DNA of 64,000 nucleotides from Oceanispirochaeta sp. (lineage in GTDB: Bacteria; Spirochaetota; Spirochaetia; DSM-2461): NCBI GenBank assembly GCA_963663385.2, contig CAXXXD010000002.1, positions 1,664,001 through 1,728,000 of the forward strand, read 5' to 3'. The position numbers and the translations under genes are program-made. Under the pieces are notes generated by a model, which had not been told where the DNA came from, did no database searches, and worked only from the letters and a program-made list of their open reading frames with translations. Positions 58,679-64,000 of the stretch are shown one piece after another (the stretch's first letter is position 1; every line of letters begins with the position of its first letter).

Positions 58679-61528
58679 ATGACAAGGGACAGCCGTGATA
58701 TTCAGTACCGTGTATTTCATCTGGGTCCCGAATGTTACGTCATATATCTGGGAAGTGACAGGCAGGATGAAAATCCGTTTCTGAGAATAGGCAATATGCC
58801 CGACATTCCCGAAGACCTGCATAATATTACCTCACGGATAATTATTACATCCAGTTTTACAGGTAACCCTTTTCAGGAAGTCCGGTATGCCAGAAAACAT
58901 AAGCTTTCCTATCTGGGTGATGTGGAAGTCATTGATCATTTCCGCCGGTTTTTTCAGAGTATGAATCTTCCCGCCAGGGAGTTGACCGACTACAGGTATA
59001 TTAAAGGTTCCGGCAACAGGCACACTTTGTATTTCTACAATAATGGCAATATCCATCTTAACTATGATGACCAGCTCCTTTTTGATCTGCAGAAAAGAGA
59101 GGAGGTTGATCTGCACTGTCTGCAGCGCTGTGACAGAATCAAGAATCTTCTTCTGAAAAACCCTCTTCGCTATACCAGGGAGGAGTTGAATAAACCCGCT
59201 TTTTTTATCAGTGAGAATGCCAAATTCTATCTCTATCATAAGGAGTGGATGGCCCTTGATCTGGAAGACAGGTACTTTTCCGAGTTAGCCTCACAGGGGA
59301 TCGACCCTGATGAAGTGCATGCCGTCTTTACCCATGTTTCTGAAGCGTCAATGAATATTCAGGAGCGGGAATCTCTGGTTCAGCATATAAAAAGAAGGGT
59401 TTTAAGGAAAAAAAGCCTAACCATACTTACCACCCGTCCGGAGATTCCGGTACATCTGATCAAACTCTTTCCCGGGGGAGAAAAAGCAGGTGATTCTCCT
59501 GTTAAACCCGTTCTTCTGGAAGAAGGTACCAAATGGGATCATGCTGACATGAATGCGGAGGTATTAAAAGAGAACCTTTTAATCCGGTTTGGTAATGATA
59601 ATACGATCTTTGTCCCCTTTGGTAATGAAAATGCCGTTCCTGTAAATGAAAAGGGCTGGCATATTTCGGCAGATAGAAAAATACTCACATGGAAAAATAC
59701 CGATGGTTCTGAGACAGAACTGAAAACCCTGCGCGGGTACCCGCTTGTTCTGGAAAAAAATCTGCCTTCAAAAGAGAAACTGATACCCAAATACCTGGGA
59801 TTCCTTCACTCCTATCTGGAAGCCTGGGAGGGACGTGATGCCTGGGAGAACCTGTATGCCCTGGAGGAAGGGATTACTTCCATTCTTGATAACGGAAATT
59901 CCCCCCTCAGTCAGTTTTCCCTGAAAGAACCTGTCACTCCCGGTCTGGAATATCTCTATCTGAGCAATGTTTTAACTCTGCTGGAACAGCTGGAAGATAA
60001 ACCTTCCGATATTCAGTTAAAAATACAGAACTACCTGAATCAATGGAAGAAACCTTCCACACTCCTGCCGGTTCTGGGGGATCTGTACCATGGGGATAAA
60101 GGACCCTTTATCCTGTACAGAATCAGCACTCATAAACTCAACCCTCACAACTTCAGAAAAGCCGAGGAAATTTCCCGGGAGATGATAGATCTGGAGATTC
60201 CGGATCTTGAGCTCTTCAAGAAAGAAAGGAAAAGACTCCTTGATTTGATTGAGAGTTTATACGGCGTACAGTCTGCTTTTCCGGAACGGTCTCTTCCTCC
60301 CCGGAAGACAGTCGCTCCCTCAACCCCGAAACCGGCTCCTCAAAAAACAAGTCGGGTGTCCGGTAGTTCGCCTTCAGGGACTGATTCTGCTTTCGGGACA
60401 TCGGATACCGGTACTGTATCCCGCCTTTCCGGTTCTCCGGCTTCCGGATATAAAGCTCCGTCAAATCAGAGACGCATCCGGCCTCTGATTCTTATTTTGG
60501 CACTACTTCTGCTGGGAGCTGCAGGATTCGGGATCTATGGATTATTAAACAGATCGGACAGATCGGGTACCGTAAGGGAAACTTCCATTAGCAGGTCAAC
60601 TGCTGACAGCTCTTCTAAAAAGGATCAGAGGGCAGGAGCGGGCGAAACCGCCGGAGCGGGCGAAACTGCCGGAGCGGGCGAAACTGCCGGAGCGGGCGAA
60701 ACCGCCGGAGCGGGCGAAACCGCCGGAGCGGGCGAAACCGCCGGAGCGGGCGAAACCGCCGGAGCGGGCGAAACCGCCGGAGCGGGCGAAACCGCCGGAG
60801 CGGGCGAAACCGCCGGAGCGGGCGAAACCGCCGGAGCGGGTGAAACCGCCGGAGCGGGCGAAACCGCCGGAGCGGGCGAAACCGCCGGAGCGGGCGAAAC
60901 CGCCGGAGCGGGCGAAACCGCCGGAGCGGGCGAAACCGCCGGAGCGGGCGAAACCGCCGGAGCGGGCGAAACCGCCGGAGCGGGCGAAACCGCCGGTGCG
61001 GGCGAAACCGCCGGAGCAGGTGAAACCGCCGGAGCGGGCGAAACCGCCGGAGCGGGCGAAACCGCCGGAGCGGGCGAAGTCATTGTCGAAACAGAACGAC
61101 GTCCCCTTACTGCAGCCGAAGCCAATGCCTATCTGGATATTGATGATATTCATATCACTCTGGTGGATATTCATCTGGTTTCAAACAGTATTGCTGTCAG
61201 AAACGGATACCGCGATCTGGATTATAAAGTCTTTGAAGGGAAAGATCCTGATTGGATCTGGGCCGGTAATATACTAATTCTTCCAGATGAAAGTGCGTAT
61301 GAAATCGTCAAGGGCGATAATATATGGTTTATCGCTTCCCGGCTTATTCGCCGGGATGTGGAGACCAGGATTTCCCGTATGCAGGAAATCGATAAAGAAC
61401 TTGATCAAGGTGATCTTTCCGGAGAACACAGAATGCAATTGCTTGCAGAATTAAGAGAAATGGCCGAGGCTTCATACAGTGAGCAACTCAGGGAGAAGAT
61501 CAATAATAAACTGAAAAGTTTTGAATAA
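58679..61528 (+). CDS. Large bitopic membrane protein with (AGAGET)n linker and LysM-like C-terminal motifs
   Basis: Single TM LILILALLLLGAAGFGIYGLL; DPDWIWAGNILILP and YEIVKGDNIWFIA. Confidence 0.7.
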   Translation: MTRDSRDIQYRVFHLGPECYVIYLGSDRQDENPFLRIGNMPDIPEDLHNITSRIIITSSFTGNPFQEVRYARKHKLSYLGDVEVIDHFRRFFQSMNLPARELTDYRYIKGSGNRHTLYFYNNGNIHLNYDDQLLFDLQKREEVDLHCLQRCDRIKNLLLKNPLRYTREELNKPAFFISENAKFYLYHKEWMALDLEDRYFSELASQGIDPDEVHAVFTHVSEASMNIQERESLVQHIKRRVLRKKSLTILTTRPEIPVHLIKLFPGGEKAGDSPVKPVLLEEGTKWDHADMNAEVLKENLLIRFGNDNTIFVPFGNENAVPVNEKGWHISADRKILTWKNTDGSETELKTLRGYPLVLEKNLPSKEKLIPKYLGFLHSYLEAWEGRDAWENLYALEEGITSILDNGNSPLSQFSLKEPVTPGLEYLYLSNVLTLLEQLEDKPSDIQLKIQNYLNQWKKPSTLLPVLGDLYHGDKGPFILYRISTHKLNPHNFRKAEEISREMIDLEIPDLELFKKERKRLLDLIESLYGVQSAFPERSLPPRKTVAPSTPKPAPQKTSRVSGSSPSGTDSAFGTSDTGTVSRLSGSPASGYKAPSNQRRIRPLILILALLLLGAAGFGIYGLLNRSDRSGTVRETSISRSTADSSSKKDQRAGAGETAGAGETAGAGETAGAGETAGAGETAGAGETAGAGETAGAGETAGAGETAGAGETAGAGETAGAGETAGAGETAGAGETAGAGETAGAGETAGAGETAGAGETAGAGETAGAGETAGAGETAGAGETAGAGETAGAGETAGAGEVIVETERRPLTAAEANAYLDIDDIHITLVDIHLVSNSIAVRNGYRDLDYKVFEGKDPDWIWAGNILILPDESAYEIVKGDNIWFIASRLIRRDVETRISRMQEIDKELDQGDLSGEHRMQLLAELREMAEASYSEQLREKINNKLKSFE
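60632..61078 (+). repeat. 18-bp coding tandem repeat (GCCGGAGCGGGCGAAACC), 24 full units plus 15 nt
   Basis: Directly visible; encodes AGAGET. Confidence 0.97.
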
Positions 61529-61707
61529 ACGATAAAAAAATGGAAAATTATTTTTCAAATATGGTAAAAAAAATTATTATTATACTGTAAGATTCATTAT
61601 TAATTGAAAATGTGCTTGGAAAAAGAGCATGATGTACTATAATTTATAGTTAATAGTTCGTTGCTTTTACGTATTGCTAGAAATCAATGATTTAAGAGGA
61701 GAGTAAA

Positions 61708-63666
61708 ATGGCTGGTGATCTACCCAGAAGTCCTAATGTATTTCATCCTACAAAACCTTCAGCAGTTGGTTCAAGAAACAGTCTTGCCCAGGAAGGACGT
61801 ATTCAGAATGAAGAGTTTGAACGAGTAGTTCAGGAAGAGTCTGACAAAATCTTATCTGAAATGCAGACAAAGCTCCCACCCGAGGTTCTTAAGCAACTGG
61901 ATGTAATGGGTGGTTTGAAGCAGAAGCTGTATAACTACTACAACCAGAACTATCAGAACATGTTCAACCGTTACGTTGTAACGACCGAAGATGAAATGGT
62001 AAAAAAAATCCGGGGTTTTATCGACAAGGAAGAAACAAAATCCCTTGCACGTTATACTCCGAAAGAAATAGCAGAAATGCTGGACCAGATCGGTGGTGCG
62101 GACAAGTTCAATACCGGTGAGATTGAGAAATCAATTGTTAACATGTATGGACACCTGCAGGGGCATGTTCAGCGTGGACTGAATGACCTTGAAAATGAAA
62201 CCAATGCCCTTCTGAGACAGAAGACTGATGTTGGTGCGTTTATTCGTGGTGAAAATGCCTACTCCATCATTAAATGTTCCTTCAAGGACAATCAGTACAA
62301 ACCCAAAACTGTTACAGATGTAAAACTGTCAATCAACATACTGGAATCCGAGCTGATCAGTCCGATTTTTCAGTATCAGGCATCTGTGGAGTACATTATC
62401 AAAGATCAGATTTCCAAAACCGTAATGGACATGATTGATAAGGAGATTGAAGTTCTCCAGGATCAGCTTGTTGATGAAGGAAAGGAAGAGCTGAGCGATA
62501 CAGAACTGATGTTCGAAAGAATCAAGAAAATTCCTGAGTTCACGGATGATGAGAAGGAAGATGAAAACTCCAGAAGATATGCTTTTATGGCAAAATCCCT
62601 GGTTGAAAAGATTGAAGGCTTGAGAGCAGAGATTGCTCAGGAAGAGTTCGATCCTCAGAATATCCGTGAAAACATCAAGAAAATTATTGATAATGAAAAC
62701 ATCAGAAACAGGGGATTCAATACCGCTGTAAATAATCTGACGTCTATTCTGGATACCAGTAAAATGGGTTATCAGTATATCGAAAACCTGAAAAATGCCA
62801 GAGAACTGATTGTACGTGAATATGAGGATACAGATCCCCTGCAGCTGCCTGATGAAAGATATCAGATCATGCTGAAATTCTACGACAATGATCAGCTGGA
62901 AAAACTGAGAAAGAATTATGACGACCAGATGGATGAATTCCATCGGGAAGTTCTTCATATCTGGGATGTGGCAGAGGTTGTCTACCAGGGGAAGAAAGCC
63001 AGGGGTATCAACGATTTTGACGACCTGGCTAAAAAAGTGGCTCCCCAGATCAAGAAAACAATCAAGGATATCAGCGGTGATCCTGTATATGAAGAGCAGG
63101 AAAAGAACTGGAATGAGATTCTTAAAATGAGAGTGGAGGATACGGATGTTGAACGCCTGAATCAGACCTATCTTTACGAAAAAGATCTCATGAAGAGAAT
63201 GCTGCGGAGAACCAGAGATAAAATTTCTACAACTTTCGGGTATGAAAATCCCAAAACCCGTGTGGTTATGGATCAGAGAATTGATTTTCTCGAAAAAATG
63301 TTCGATGAGTTTGACTACATGATTAATCCCTACCATGTACAGCCCGGTCTGGTCCTGGATATGGATATCAATAGTATCAAACGTAAGAAGTTTACTCTGA
63401 ACAGCATGGCTAATGTTATGAATGAATTCCTTAACGGTGTATCCAAAGGCTTTCAGGATGCCGCATTTGCTTCGTTCAAGAGAAGACGGTCTACCGTTCG
63501 TGACGACATTAATCAGAGCTTTGCTGCAGAGCCCGTTGCTGTTGCTGCCTCTTCCGAATATGCAGAAGCAATAAAAGAAAAAAACACAGAGGCTCCCAAA
63601 GGGAAAGCGGATGTAACTCCTTCCAGAAGGAAAAAAGTCAATCTGGATGAATTAAGCGAGATCTGA
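61708..63666 (+). CDS. cfpA: Cytoplasmic filament protein A
   Basis: N-terminus [24 protein letters not shown]...NYQNMFNRY matches treponemal CfpA as I recall it. Confidence 0.92.
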   Translation: MAGDLPRSPNVFHPTKPSAVGSRNSLAQEGRIQNEEFERVVQEESDKILSEMQTKLPPEVLKQLDVMGGLKQKLYNYYNQNYQNMFNRYVVTTEDEMVKKIRGFIDKEETKSLARYTPKEIAEMLDQIGGADKFNTGEIEKSIVNMYGHLQGHVQRGLNDLENETNALLRQKTDVGAFIRGENAYSIIKCSFKDNQYKPKTVTDVKLSINILESELISPIFQYQASVEYIIKDQISKTVMDMIDKEIEVLQDQLVDEGKEELSDTELMFERIKKIPEFTDDEKEDENSRRYAFMAKSLVEKIEGLRAEIAQEEFDPQNIRENIKKIIDNENIRNRGFNTAVNNLTSILDTSKMGYQYIENLKNARELIVREYEDTDPLQLPDERYQIMLKFYDNDQLEKLRKNYDDQMDEFHREVLHIWDVAEVVYQGKKARGINDFDDLAKKVAPQIKKTIKDISGDPVYEEQEKNWNEILKMRVEDTDVERLNQTYLYEKDLMKRMLRRTRDKISTTFGYENPKTRVVMDQRIDFLEKMFDEFDYMINPYHVQPGLVLDMDINSIKRKKFTLNSMANVMNEFLNGVSKGFQDAAFASFKRRRSTVRDDINQSFAAEPVAVAASSEYAEAIKEKNTEAPKGKADVTPSRRKKVNLDELSEI

Positions 63667-63667
63667 T

Positions 63668-64000
63668 ATGACTCAAAACATCAGCGATAATAAATTCAAT
63701 TTGTTATCCACCAGGGCCGGATTCAATCTTGCCCTGGGGCATTTTAAGAAATCACTGTCCTTCTCGGGCGACCTTGAGGACGGGATGAATTTGGCTGATG
63801 TACTGACTGAAGCTCTTGAGGAGGGAGGAATCTCTCCTCATCAGCTGAGGCCTGTACTCAATATTCTGCTAGTCGATAAATTCAGCTATACCTGTCAATC
63901 CCGAAACCTTGAAAAAACAGTGGAATCCGTGGATGAATTAGTTGAAGTTGTGTCTGAGTGGACCCAGTTGGATCTGGTGATGGCTTTCTATGATTCAAAC
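63668..64000 (+). CDS. Hypothetical protein downstream of cfpA (partial)
   Basis: ATG 1 nt after the cfpA stop; MTQNISDNKFNLL... open to the window end. Confidence 0.7.
   Translation, partial: MTQNISDNKFNLLSTRAGFNLALGHFKKSLSFSGDLEDGMNLADVLTEALEEGGISPHQLRPVLNILLVDKFSYTCQSRNLEKTVESVDELVEVVSEWTQLDLVMAFYDSN

Noticed and set aside
60632..61078. GC-rich repeat with a mini-hairpin as a CRISPR array; ORFs in other frames (SPAPAV, ARSGGF, KPPERA repeats)
   Set aside because: No spacers; it is an in-frame coding tandem repeat, and the other frames are open only because the unit lacks stops.
34048..63336. Long antisense ORFs (34048-35064, 39226-40116, 45032-45970, 52649-53968, 62329-63336 and others)
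   Set aside because: They shadow well-supported genes on the opposite strand and show no recognisable motifs.

Overview
Spirochaete chromosome segment (cfpA; spirochaete-type folP-cdaA-cdaR-acpS-DUF2225-truA-priA-def-fmt block). Bases 1-25 kb hold an integron: intI at 23729-24955 (+), a probable attI near 23455 and a minus-strand, AT-rich cassette array running off the left edge. All four attC sites visible are split at the same G/TT position by an apparently identical 1989-bp class IIC-attC group II intron in antisense orientation. The distal intron copy is interrupted by an IS66 (8-bp TSD), which itself carries an IS21 (6-bp TSD). The cassettes look defence-related. From attI outward they are: an ORF-less cassette; a three-gene Lamassu/ABC-3C-like module (wHTH-like protein, frameshifted SMC-like ATPase, PD-(D/E)xK nuclease); Abi-alpha plus an ADP-ribosyltransferase-like protein; a PIN nuclease fused to a sigma70 region-4 look-alike with an acidic recognition helix; and DUF3800 plus a type III-like DNA methyltransferase. 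Bases 25-64 kb are mostly housekeeping genes (pfp, galKT with a LacI regulator, manA, fprA, parE/parC, folP, cdaA/R, acpS, truA, priA, def, fmt, cfpA) with dispersed palindromic repeats and one 18-bp coding VNTR. Family assignments come from motif recognition by eye, not from database searches.
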